Below are positions 51,171-60,249 of a stretch of 64,000 bases of DNA, piece after piece. Made by a program: the position numbers and the translations under genes. Under the pieces are notes generated by a model. It was not told the origin of the DNA, searched no databases, and saw nothing but the letters and a program-made list of their open reading frames with translations. The DNA comes from an uncultured Holophagales bacterium (GTDB taxonomy: Bacteria > Acidobacteriota > Thermoanaerobaculia > Multivoradales > UBA5704), in assembly GCA_963842525.1 (NCBI GenBank), contig CAWJGT010000019.1:288001-352000 (forward strand), given 5' to 3'. The number at the start of each line of letters is the position of its first letter. Position 1 is the first letter of the stretch.

Positions 51171-51626
51171 CTAGGGTGCGGCCACCGTCAGGGTTTCGTA
51201 GGCGACCTCCACCGACTCGACGGCGACCTCGTTGCCTTCGCTCTTCAGATCGGTGCCGGTGATCTTGGTCGGCCAGGCGTTGTTGAGCGTCCACGTCCGT
51301 TTCGGCTCGCCGTTCTCGTCCAGCAGGTTGATCACCACCGTGCGGCGCGCGATGGTGTTCATCTTGATCTCGTTGTACCAGGCCCAGAACGCGTTGTCGT
51401 TGACGAAGATACCCCGCCGCATGGTCACGTTGCCGACCTTGCCCAGCCCCGGCATCTTGATCGGATAGTAAATGGGACTGTTGCCGTGCCGGTACTCGAT
51501 GACCTGGGTCTCGCTGTCCAGGCCGTCGACCTCCTGGAAGTTGACGGTCGCCTGGTCGTCTCCGAGCTGCACCGCGAAATGGAACTTGGGTAACGGCCAG
51601 ATTGCGTCCTGCTTTTCACCTGCCAT
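51171..51626 (-). CDS. afp1: eCIS major tube protein (Afp1), copy 2
   Basis: WPLPKFHF.V, FQEV.GL, IEYRHG, KMPG, W.L.NAWP.K, NEVAVE. Confidence 0.95.
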   Translation of the reverse strand: MAGEKQDAIWPLPKFHFAVQLGDDQATVNFQEVDGLDSETQVIEYRHGNSPIYYPIKMPGLGKVGNVTMRRGIFVNDNAFWAWYNEIKMNTIARRTVVINLLDENGEPKRTWTLNNAWPTKITGTDLKSEGNEVAVESVEVAYETLTVAAP

Positions 51627-51667
51627 AATGCCTCCGTTCGGGTGAGAAATTGGGGTTCTCAGGGTTC

Positions 51668-53347
51668 TCAGGCGACGCCTTCCATTTTCTGGATGAACGA
51701 CAGCTCGATGAACTCGGCGGGACGGATCATCTGCAGCGTGACCTGGACGATCATGTAGCCGTCGAGGACGTGCTGCCCGGTCATGGTGCTGCCGAGGCCG
51801 CACTCCACGCCGAACGCCTCGGACGCGGTGGCTCCCATGAGGCCGCCTTGCGACCAGAGGCCTTTCAAGAAGCCGGAGACCATGGACACCACGTTGGTCC
51901 AGGTGTTGCCGTCGTTGGGAGCGAACACGAACTGGTTGATCGCCGCCTTGATCGACTGCTCGATGTAGATGAGCGTGCGCCGGACCTGGATGTAGCGGTA
52001 ATCGTTGCTGTTGCCGTCCAGGGTGCGGGCACCCAGACCACGGTGCCGCGGCCGGGGAACTCGCGCAGGGCGTTGACGGCCTTGCCGTCCACCGGCATGT
52101 TGAGATCTTCCTGCAGTTTGTAGTTCAGCTTGAAGGTCGGCGACTCGACGGCGCGCAGGTTGACGTTGGCCGGCGCATTCCAGACGCCCCGGCTCTCGTC
52201 GGTGGCGGTGTACACCCCCGCCATGGCGGCGCTGGCCGGCAGCACGTTGTTCTTGCGGGCCACGAGGGACTCGATCTCGGTCAGGAGCGGCAGGGCGGCG
52301 GTGAGGTCCTGGTTGAGCTTTGCGTCGTCAATCCCGGATTTGCCGATGTTGTCGATGTCTTGCTGGACCTTGCCCGCCCGCCCGCCCCGCCTCATACAGC
52401 ATCTTCCGCTGCCATGTCAGAACCTCCTTCAGGTTTTGGAAGGGATCGAGGGACGGAGGGTCGACAGTGATTTCGCCGGGACGAGTCGGGACGGGTGGGG
52501 TGACGGCAGCGAGGGCGGCGGCGACAGCAGCGGCGCAGGGGTCGGAAGAGGCGGCGGCGAATTCTACGCCGCCACCGTTGGCGGACGACAACACGCCGGA
52601 GGTCCGCACGTTGGTGTAGGAGACGTCCCTGACTGGAAACACCGTAGCCTGGACGAAGGGAAAGTAGACCATCCCATAGCTGAGGTGGCCGTTGCCGACA
52701 TTCTTCCTCAGATCCTCGATCACTGGCAGCGGCTCGGCACTGGTCTTGACGTTTTGAGCACCGTAGACGTCGAGGAGGGCGACCCGGTCCTGCAGCTCGG
52801 CGCATTGATCGAGCGCCTTTTTGGCCACGTCGTAGTAGTCTGTGTCCGGAGCCAGGTTGACGGCGTCGGGGATGACGATCATCGTGGGGCCGGACTGCTC
52901 CCGGAGGACGTCCAGACCGGTCTCCAGTTCTCTCTTGGCGACCGCGGCCGCCGAACCCTCGCCCGGCCCGTAGCAGCCCACCGAGACGACGTAGCAGCTG
53001 CCGCCGCCGTTGTCGTAGAACAGCCGCATGCTGTCGTAGAGGTTGAAGGGAAGGCTGCTCCTCTCGAGCTTGTAGTACGTGTCGGCTTTGAAGTCGTAAT
53101 CCGCCTCGGTGGCCGCCTTGATGGCATACAGCGGCTTGATGCCCTTGCCGAAGATCTGGTCATATTCCGCCAGCGAGCTTATGGGGATGGCCTTGTTGAA
53201 GACCGGCTTGCCGTTGATCGTCGCTTTCTCCGTATAGCCGATGAAGCCGGGGACCGCGGTCGCCACGCCGATCACTGTCGGCGGAAAGGCCGAAAGCTCC
53301 TTGACGTAGACGCCGGGGGTCTTGTAAGGGGGGTTACTCACAGGCAC
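51668..53347 (-). CDS. eCIS contractile sheath protein 2; frameshifts near 52370 and 52035
   Basis: YKTPGVYV.E, TAVP.FIGYT, RGVWNAPAN, RY.QVRR, RPAEFI. Confidence 0.88.
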
Positions 53348-53390
53348 CTCACTTTCATGTTTGAAGGTTTGACAGGTCCGGCGTCCACCG

Positions 53391-53846
53391 CTACGGTGCG
53401 GCCACCGTCAGGGTTTCGTAGGCGACTTCCACCGACTCGACGGCGACCTCGTTGCCTTCGCTCTTCAGATCGGTGCCGGTGATCTTGGTCGGCCAGGCGT
53501 TGTTGAGCGTCCACGTCCGTTTCGGCTCGCCGTTCTCGTCCAGCAGGTTGATCACCACCGTGCGGCGCGCGATGGTGTTCATCTTGATCTCGTTGTACCA
53601 GGCCCAGAACGCGTTGTCGTTGACGAAGATACCCCGCCGCATGGTCACGTTGCCGACCTTGCCCAGCCCCGGCATCTTGATCGGATAGTAAATGGGACTG
53701 TTGCCGTGCCGGTACTCGATGACCTGGGTCTCGCTGTCCAGGCCGTCGACCTCCTGGAAGTTGACGGTCGCCTGGTCGTCTCCGAGCTGCACCGCGAAAT
53801 GGAACTTGGGTAACGGCCAGATTGCGTCCTGCTTTTCACCTGCCAT
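53391..53846 (-). CDS. afp1: eCIS major tube protein (Afp1), copy 1
   Basis: Protein identical to 51171-51626. Confidence 0.95.
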   Translation of the reverse strand: MAGEKQDAIWPLPKFHFAVQLGDDQATVNFQEVDGLDSETQVIEYRHGNSPIYYPIKMPGLGKVGNVTMRRGIFVNDNAFWAWYNEIKMNTIARRTVVINLLDENGEPKRTWTLNNAWPTKITGTDLKSEGNEVAVESVEVAYETLTVAAP

Positions 53847-53887
53847 AATGCCTCCGTTCGGGTGAGAAATTGGGGTTCTCAGGGTTC

Positions 53888-55480
53888 TCAGGCGACGCCT
53901 TCCATTTTCTGGATGAACGACAGCTCGATGAACTCGGCGGGACGGATCATCTGCAGCGTGACCTGGACGATCATGTAGCCGTCGAGGACGTGCTGCCCGG
54001 TCATGGTGCTGCCGAGGCCGCACTCCACGCCGAACGCCTCGGACGCGGTGGCTCCCATGAGGCCGCCTTGCGACCAGAGGCCCTTCAGGAAGCCGGAGAC
54101 CACGGACACCACGTTGGTCCAGGTGTTGCCGTCGTTGGGAGCGAACACGAACTGGTTGATCGCCGTCTTGATCGACTGCTCGATGTAGATGAGCGTGCGC
54201 CGGACCTGGATGTAGCGGTAGTCGTTGCTGTTGCCGTCGAGGGTGCGCGCGCCCCAGACCACCGGGCCGCGGCCAGCGAAGTCGCGGATGACATCCACAG
54301 CCTTGCCGCTTACCGGCACGTTGAGGTCCTCCTGCTGCGTGGAATCGATCCGGAACGTCGGCTGCATCACCGAGTTCAGGACGATGTTCGCCGGCGCGTT
54401 CCAGACACCCCTGGTGGCGTCGACGACGGTGTAGACGCCCGCCATGCCGCCGCTCGGGGGGAGCGTGTTGTTCTTGATGGCGAGGGTGCGCTCGATGTCG
54501 AGCAGCAGCGGCAGGGCGGCGGTCAGGTTCTGGTTGAGCTTCTGGACGTCAGGCGCCGTGCCCATGTTTTCGATGTCCGCGTGCACCGCCACGGCCCGCG
54601 TGTTCTTTGGGTCCTTGTAGTCTCCGTAGAGGTTCTGGCACTCCCATCCGAGGATCGTCTTCAGTTGGCCGAGCGGCACCACGTTCTTGTAGGTGAACTC
54701 TCTGGCGGACACCACCGAGGTCTCGAGGAAGGGGAAGTAGGCCATGCCGTAGTCGAGCGCGGTGTCGCCCACGTCCTCGCGGAACTGTGCGATGATCGCC
54801 TCCCAGTTGGCTTTCGTGGCATGCTGCGTGCCGTAGACGTCGAGGATGGCGACGCGGTCCTGCAGCGCTTGGCACTGGAGCAGCATGGCCCTGACCACGG
54901 CTTGAAAGTCCGCAGAGATCCAGGGCGTTGCTGCGGCGGAATCTGTCGCTGTCGGAGGGAGCAGCACCGCGTCAGGGACGACCAGCATCGTGGGTCCGAC
55001 CTGCTCCTCGGTGACAGCCAGGCCCTTGAGCAGGGCGTCCTTGCTGATCGTGGCTCCATTCGTGTAGTTCCCCACGGAGACCACGAAGGCATCGCCGCCG
55101 CCGTTGGCGTAGAAGAGACGTACGCTGTTGTAGAGGTGGAACTCCGACTCCGTGGTCCGGTTGAGGACGTAATATTCGGTCTTGGGCAAGGCGGCCGTGA
55201 GGTCGATGACCTTGAAATCGAAGGCCCCCGCGGCGATCTGCTGCGTGGTGGCCGGGGCGATGGTGTACTCCGAGGGGGCGTCCTCGCCAAAAACCGCAAT
55301 GTAGTCGGCGAGCGAGCCGATCGGGATCGCCTTGTTCTTGACCGGCTTGCCGTTGAGCATCGCCTGCGCGGTATAGCCGATGAAGGCGGGGACGGCGGTC
55401 TGCACGCCGACAATGGAGGGCGCGAAGGCCGGCAGCTCCTTCACGTAGACGCCCGGGGTCTTGTAAATATTGGTTGCCAT
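53888..55480 (-). CDS. eCIS contractile sheath protein 1 (Afp2/3/4 family)
   Basis: YKTPGVYV, TAVPAFIGYT, GVWNAPAN, VWGARTL, RPAEFI; ORF intact. Confidence 0.95.
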   Translation of the reverse strand: MATNIYKTPGVYVKELPAFAPSIVGVQTAVPAFIGYTAQAMLNGKPVKNKAIPIGSLADYIAVFGEDAPSEYTIAPATTQQIAAGAFDFKVIDLTAALPKTEYYVLNRTTESEFHLYNSVRLFYANGGGDAFVVSVGNYTNGATISKDALLKGLAVTEEQVGPTMLVVPDAVLLPPTATDSAAATPWISADFQAVVRAMLLQCQALQDRVAILDVYGTQHATKANWEAIIAQFREDVGDTALDYGMAYFPFLETSVVSAREFTYKNVVPLGQLKTILGWECQNLYGDYKDPKNTRAVAVHADIENMGTAPDVQKLNQNLTAALPLLLDIERTLAIKNNTLPPSGGMAGVYTVVDATRGVWNAPANIVLNSVMQPTFRIDSTQQEDLNVPVSGKAVDVIRDFAGRGPVVWGARTLDGNSNDYRYIQVRRTLIYIEQSIKTAINQFVFAPNDGNTWTNVVSVVSGFLKGLWSQGGLMGATASEAFGVECGLGSTMTGQHVLDGYMIVQVTLQMIRPAEFIELSFIQKMEGVA

Positions 55481-55515
55481 TCGTCACCTCATTCGTGTTG
55501 ATGGTTGATCGATCG

Positions 55516-56716
55516 TCACATGTAAACGAAGATGTCGGCATGGGCGGGCGCGTGGCGACAGCGCGACGGCACGACCCGTTGGTTGGACGCGACCGGCAGG
55601 CGGTCCACGAGCACCTGCTCGTGCGCCGACAGTTCGTGGCGGCCCCAGAGACGGAAGTTGTAGAACGACCGCTCCATGAGCGGGAGCGCTTCCTTGGAAG
55701 TAAAGCGGTAGGCCGGCTGTCCGTTGGCCAGCATCACTGGACTCGGCCCCAGGAACTCGGTCTGGGGTTGGCTTTCGATGCGCAGGTCCTCGAAGCCGGA
55801 GTGCGTGGGCGCCACGATGTAGTAGCGCCATTGGATCGACCGTCTTTCGAAGCGGAGAAGGTAGTGGACAGTGACGATCTGCGCCTGCGAGGACAGGTCG
55901 ACCACCGGATAGATCCCGTCGGACTCCTGCGTCGGGGCGGCGACCAGAAGGTCGATCAGGACGAAGGGAACGGGATAGGCCTGGATAGATCACCTCCTGG
56001 GTCGAAACAAGCGTCTGGCCATCGAGTTGCTGAAGTGTGGACTTGTCCTCGGGCAGACCGGCGAAGTCGAGGAAGACCTCGTTGCACCCGGCGCAGCGGT
56101 CCTTGCAAAGGACCTCCTCACCCGCGATGTCGAGGACCCGGACCTTCTTCACTGTCTCGGTCACCGGCACCGGCAACTGGACAGGGATTACCCGCAGGCA
56201 CTTCTCGAGCTTTTCGGGATCGAGGACCGCAGCGGCCGGCGTGCCCACAGCCTGCTCATTGCTGTAATAGAGGTTCTTCGTCGATGGATTGGTGCCGATC
56301 GGCATGTCGGTGAAGCTCACGAAATAGGGGTTGGTGAGAGCGAGGGTGAATGTCAACCGCGTCCAGCTCTGCCACCGTTGATCGGACTTGTTTCTCTGTC
56401 TCTGCCGCCGCAGGTAGTCGAGGAGGCCCTCCGCGCGCTCCTTGGTTGCGTCGTAGAGGACCGAAAAACCGGCCGCCTCGGCTCGGAAGAGGAGGCCCAG
56501 GTCTTTCATCAGCGCCGCCGACGCGGGCGTGGGCCGGCACGTGAAATCGGGGCAAACGTCCTGCGAGCCGTTGTAATAGTTGTGGCGTATGGCGACTTGC
56601 ATCAGCAGCTCGTAGAAGTATTTCCGGGCCTGGTCTTGGGGTCTCTGCCCATCGCGACCTTTCACCGAGCCCAGGATGTGCTCGAAGGCACGGCGGTTGG
56701 GAGGATTGGACGGCAT
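55516..56716 (-). CDS. eCIS-associated protein following DUF4255 (cap-adaptor-like position), frameshifted
   Basis: L..V.IRH.YY...C.DF...PT..S..L...GLLFR, NPYF..FT, F.RR...WRYYI; lies between Afp16 and the sheath. Confidence 0.65.
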
Positions 56717-56730
56717 CGGCTTCGCACGCC

Positions 56731-57351
56731 CTAAGGCTGCGTCTCCCTGTCCGCGTCGGGATCCTGGTCGGCGACGCCTCCCGGCGTCTGAAGGCCCTGC
56801 ACGGCAGGCACCTCGGCCTGCATGGCCTCGCTGACGAAGGGAATCATCCGCATCTTGTAGTAGACCGAGGGCAGGTACTTCACGCCGGCCAGGCCCATCA
56901 GATGGCTGCGATCGACCGGCTCGAGATTGGTCAGCTCAAAGCTGAGCTTGTCGATCCGCGGATCGAGGCCCGGCAGGGTGTCGCGAGTGAACGAGGCGTT
57001 CTGCTGGAAAAAGACGATCGTGCGCGAGATCGTCGACAACCCCTCGGCGTAGCTCTTGCCGGAGAAGTTGGCGTAGAAGAGCAGCAGCAGGTCGATGTAA
57101 AGAGGCGGCGCGACGAGTGCAAAGCGATTGCCGGCGATCGGCACATTCGGGTTGTAGGTGCTGATGGCGGTTTCGCGCTGGATGCCGGCCAGGAATATGA
57201 CAAGCTTGTTCTGCGCCTCGGCCACGGGGTTACCCTCCAGATCGACGAGGTCGGACAGAACCACCCAGTCGCCTTCGCGCGGCGTGGCGTTCCAGAGGAA
57301 TTCGTTCAACCGTTTCCGGATCGTTTCCAGCGTGCCTCGAATCTCGCTCAT
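56731..57351 (-). CDS. afp16: eCIS cap/tail terminator (Afp16/Pvc16, DUF4255)
   Basis: PPLYIDL.LLF.ANF, Y.EGL..IS..I.FFQ, KYLPSVYY; AGGAG RBS; first gene of the operon. Confidence 0.9.
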   Translation of the reverse strand: MSEIRGTLETIRKRLNEFLWNATPREGDWVVLSDLVDLEGNPVAEAQNKLVIFLAGIQRETAISTYNPNVPIAGNRFALVAPPLYIDLLLLFYANFSGKSYAEGLSTISRTIVFFQQNASFTRDTLPGLDPRIDKLSFELTNLEPVDRSHLMGLAGVKYLPSVYYKMRMIPFVSEAMQAEVPAVQGLQTPGGVADQDPDADRETQP

Positions 57352-57388
57352 CGCGGTTCTCCTGTGCTGTGTCGCTTCATCCTTACCA

Positions 57389-57425
57389 ATCGCAAACCGC
57401 CGGCGGGGGAAGACATCGGAGGCGA
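57389..57425 (-). promoter_or_regulatory. Conserved promoter motif, copy A (before afp16)
   Basis: tcgcctccgATGTCT-tcccccgc-CGGCGGTTTGCGAT. Confidence 0.8.
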
Positions 57426-57440
57426 AAGTCTCCGCTGGCT

Positions 57441-59477
57441 TCAGCCGACACCTGTCTGCTTCTTCTGCCTCAGGATGACCCAGGTACGGATGAAGGAACG
57501 AGGTTGCTCGCGCTGTTGCTGCAAATTCTTTAATTCATCGAGATTCCGGTTCAAATAGATGCTCATAGCCCGTTGCCTACGTCCCCCGGGTGCGAGTTGC
57601 TTCGGGTCGGCATGCGTGCTGTGACCAACACGCAGAGGTTCGTTCTGCTGGAATAATTCTTTTACCTGCGATCCCTTGATATTCACATGTTTAAACAAGG
57701 CCCGCGCCACTGCCTTCTGTGTTTCACTGAGATCAGAGCGCTCGAGGTCGTTCACGAGTTGCTCGTAAGTGTACTGCTGATTGTGATCAACTCTATTTGA
57801 GATGACAGAGTTCTGTAATAGTGAGTTTACCTGCCGCCCCTCGATTTTTAGAGCTTTAAGCAAGTCGAGCGTCGATGCTTTTTGCATTTCACTGAGACTA
57901 GAGCCTTTGAGTTCGTTCACGATTTGCTCGTAAGTGCCCTGCGCATTGTCATCAATTCTCAGCTCTGAGAGGGTAGAGTTCTGTAATAGTGCTTTTACCT
58001 GCCGTCCCTCGAATTTCAAAGTTTTAATCAAGGCCAGCACCGCTGCTTTTTGCATTTCACTGAGACTAGAGCCTTTGAGTTCGTTCACGATTTGCTCGTA
58101 AGTGCCCTGCGCATTGTCATCAAATCGCAGCTCTGAGATGGTAGAGTTCTGCAAGAGTGTGTTCACCTCCCGGCCATTGATTTTCACATTGTTAATAAAA
58201 GCCCGCGCCACTGTCTTTTGCGTTTCACTGAGATTAGAGCTCTCGAGGCCGTTCACGAGTTGCTCGTAAGTGACGTGCTGCTCATCGCCCATTTGCACCT
58301 CCGGGATGCGGTGGTCATAGAACGGAGTGGCGTGCCAAATGGCAGGGTCAATGAAGCTGGCGCGTCCATATTTTGGTAGGATATCTCCTTTGATGGAGCC
58401 ATCATCGCGATTGGCAGCACGGCTCCTCTCAATTAGGTTTTTGGCCGGCTGAGGCATACGGTCTTCGTAGGCCGCATGTCCCTGATCGTCTGCGACGTAC
58501 TCGGGGGATACACCTTGGTCGGCATTGTTGTAGGTCAGGTTGACGAACAGTGTCTCGCCCACTGAGTCTTTGTGCAAAACCCCACTTCGATCAGGCAGCC
58601 GGTTGGGGTAGTAGTCAACATCAACATAGACGTCGTGCGTCCGACTGATTTCTTCCCAGTTGGCCGCTAGCCACTGAAACTGCCCGGCGCTGAATAGAGT
58701 TTGGTTCACATTGGCTTGGACTTGTTGCCGTATTCCGGCCAGCTCGGGAGGAAGAAATGCCTCTTGTACGGACGAGGCAACCTGTGGCTCGATCTTCTTG
58801 AGAGCCCAATTGGTGATTAATAGCCCGCCACCATTCCGTACGAATTCTAAACTTGCGATACGCAACGGCTTGCCCGGGTTTTTTGCAATGAAAGCAGCGA
58901 CTTGTGGTATATTGTTGAGCTCGGTCATAAGGGCCGTTTGCTGGTCAAAGAAACTTTTGCTCATTGATGCTATCTCGATGTTCGGCAGCGCGGGTTTGAC
59001 ACCCAAGGTTTCCCAATCTTTGGCTTCTATCTCGACTGTAACGGTGTCGCCCACAGATACGCCTTCAGAAATGTTTGATGCCCACCAGTCTCGTGCCTCT
59101 GTCGTCAATAGCCTAATTGGCACATCTTTTTTGTTTTCAGGATTGCCCGTGTATTCGTTCGCAAGGAGCTGTTTCAGAGCCGGGGGCAATTGGTCAGGTG
59201 TACGCTGGGCGTTATAATCGGGAAACAGCACCCGCTGCACCACCCCACTCGCACTGTGGCTGGTGTTGAGCCTGTGGCCGAGTGCCATCTGTTGTACCAC
59301 GCGCGGACTGTTGTCGATCACGTCCTTGCGCGCATTGAGCTCCATCACTTGCGGGCGATTTTGTGCCATATCCACATCAGCCGACGTAGCCTTCGCTTTT
59401 CTGGTGGAGGCCGATCGAGCGGTATGGCCTTGCTGTAACCGTTCAGGTTTAGCTTGCTCTGATGCTTGAGATTTCAT
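57441..59477 (-). CDS. Candidate eCIS cargo: shared leader plus a 2OG-Fe(II) oxygenase-like domain interrupted by four ~56-aa repeats
   Basis: Leader ..DNSPRV..VVQR; LHKDS ... IWHATP ... PRSFIR; AT-richer than the flanks. Confidence 0.7.
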   Translation of the reverse strand: MKSQASEQAKPERLQQGHTARSASTRKAKATSADVDMAQNRPQVMELNARKDVIDNSPRVVQQMALGHRLNTSHSASGVVQRVLFPDYNAQRTPDQLPPALKQLLANEYTGNPENKKDVPIRLLTTEARDWWASNISEGVSVGDTVTVEIEAKDWETLGVKPALPNIEIASMSKSFFDQQTALMTELNNIPQVAAFIAKNPGKPLRIASLEFVRNGGGLLITNWALKKIEPQVASSVQEAFLPPELAGIRQQVQANVNQTLFSAGQFQWLAANWEEISRTHDVYVDVDYYPNRLPDRSGVLHKDSVGETLFVNLTYNNADQGVSPEYVADDQGHAAYEDRMPQPAKNLIERSRAANRDDGSIKGDILPKYGRASFIDPAIWHATPFYDHRIPEVQMGDEQHVTYEQLVNGLESSNLSETQKTVARAFINNVKINGREVNTLLQNSTISELRFDDNAQGTYEQIVNELKGSSLSEMQKAAVLALIKTLKFEGRQVKALLQNSTLSELRIDDNAQGTYEQIVNELKGSSLSEMQKASTLDLLKALKIEGRQVNSLLQNSVISNRVDHNQQYTYEQLVNDLERSDLSETQKAVARALFKHVNIKGSQVKELFQQNEPLRVGHSTHADPKQLAPGGRRQRAMSIYLNRNLDELKNLQQQREQPRSFIRTWVILRQKKQTGVG
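57650..58272 (-). repeat. Four tandem coding repeats of 168/168/165 bp
   Basis: Anchor tgctcgtaagtg at 58261, 58093, 57925 and 57760; protein unit TYEQ.VN.L..S.LSE.QK. Confidence 0.9.
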
Positions 59478-60136
59478 GACAGTTCATCCGAATCGTCTTC
59501 CGGACCGTCTTCCGTTTCAGAGGCCAAAAATCCGACGTGCTTCCAATAGTGCTCGTCGATTGCGTTTTCATTTCTTTCGATTTCATCATCATCAGTATCA
59601 ATATCCAAATAGATCCCGGGGATGTGGTAGCCCACCGTGGCCAGCTTCATCCTTAATTCATCTGATTTTGAGGGTCCACCGCCGGTCAAAGCGTGAGGAT
59701 AGTTATGTGTGATATATTTCACTACCGCTTGGGAGTTTGCATCAGTGGCTTGACTCAGCGCCGCGATCACCTCCCTCATGGCACTCAACCACTCACGATC
59801 GCCAGAGACGAGGTTTTTGTGACTGTGGGTCACGCTCGTGAAGGTACTGCCCCCCTTATGTATGTGCAAATGTGGTACACCCACGTTGGGAATGTAATCA
59901 TCGCGAACTACCCTCTGGACGACAGCATGCGGCCTGCCGTTGATCATGTCGCTGCGTTCTTTGAGCTGCGACACCCGCGGGCTCGAGTCCATCATCTCCT
60001 GCCGCTGGCGTTGTGCCACCGTTTCGGAGCGGTGATCCATATCAGACGGCCTAGCCCTCGTTTTCGAAGAGGAGGCCGGTCGAGAGGTGTGACGTCCCTG
60101 GATCTGTGCAGCTTGTGCTGGTGCTTGAGATTTCAT
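59474..60136 (-). CDS. Candidate eCIS cargo 2: shared leader plus an unknown His-rich domain
   Basis: CAGGAGG RBS; MKSQA...VAQR...DSSPRVSQL...VVQR leader, PHLHIH motif, acidic tail; ATGA overlap with the next gene. Confidence 0.7.
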   Translation of the reverse strand: MKSQAPAQAAQIQGRHTSRPASSSKTRARPSDMDHRSETVAQRQRQEMMDSSPRVSQLKERSDMINGRPHAVVQRVVRDDYIPNVGVPHLHIHKGGSTFTSVTHSHKNLVSGDREWLSAMREVIAALSQATDANSQAVVKYITHNYPHALTGGGPSKSDELRMKLATVGYHIPGIYLDIDTDDDEIERNENAIDEHYWKHVGFLASETEDGPEDDSDELS

Positions 60137-60187
60137 GATAGAACCTCCTGAATGATCCTGCCTGCGCTGCGTCGCATTACCCCCACC

Positions 60188-60224
60188 ATCGCAAACCGCC
60201 GCCGACAGGAGACATCGGCGGCGA
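60188..60224 (-). promoter_or_regulatory. Conserved promoter motif, copy B (before the cargo operon)
   Basis: tcgccgccgATGTCT-cctgtcgg-CGGCGGTTTGCGAT. Confidence 0.8.
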
Positions 60225-60249
60225 AGGTTCGTCCCCCAATGGAGCGCTG

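Larger units (their letters stand above)
51171..54247. repeat. Near-identical direct repeat: 51171-~52027 versus 53391-~54247 (2220-bp offset)
   Basis: Tube gene, intergenic spacer and sheath 3' end match with only scattered substitutions. Confidence 0.9.
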
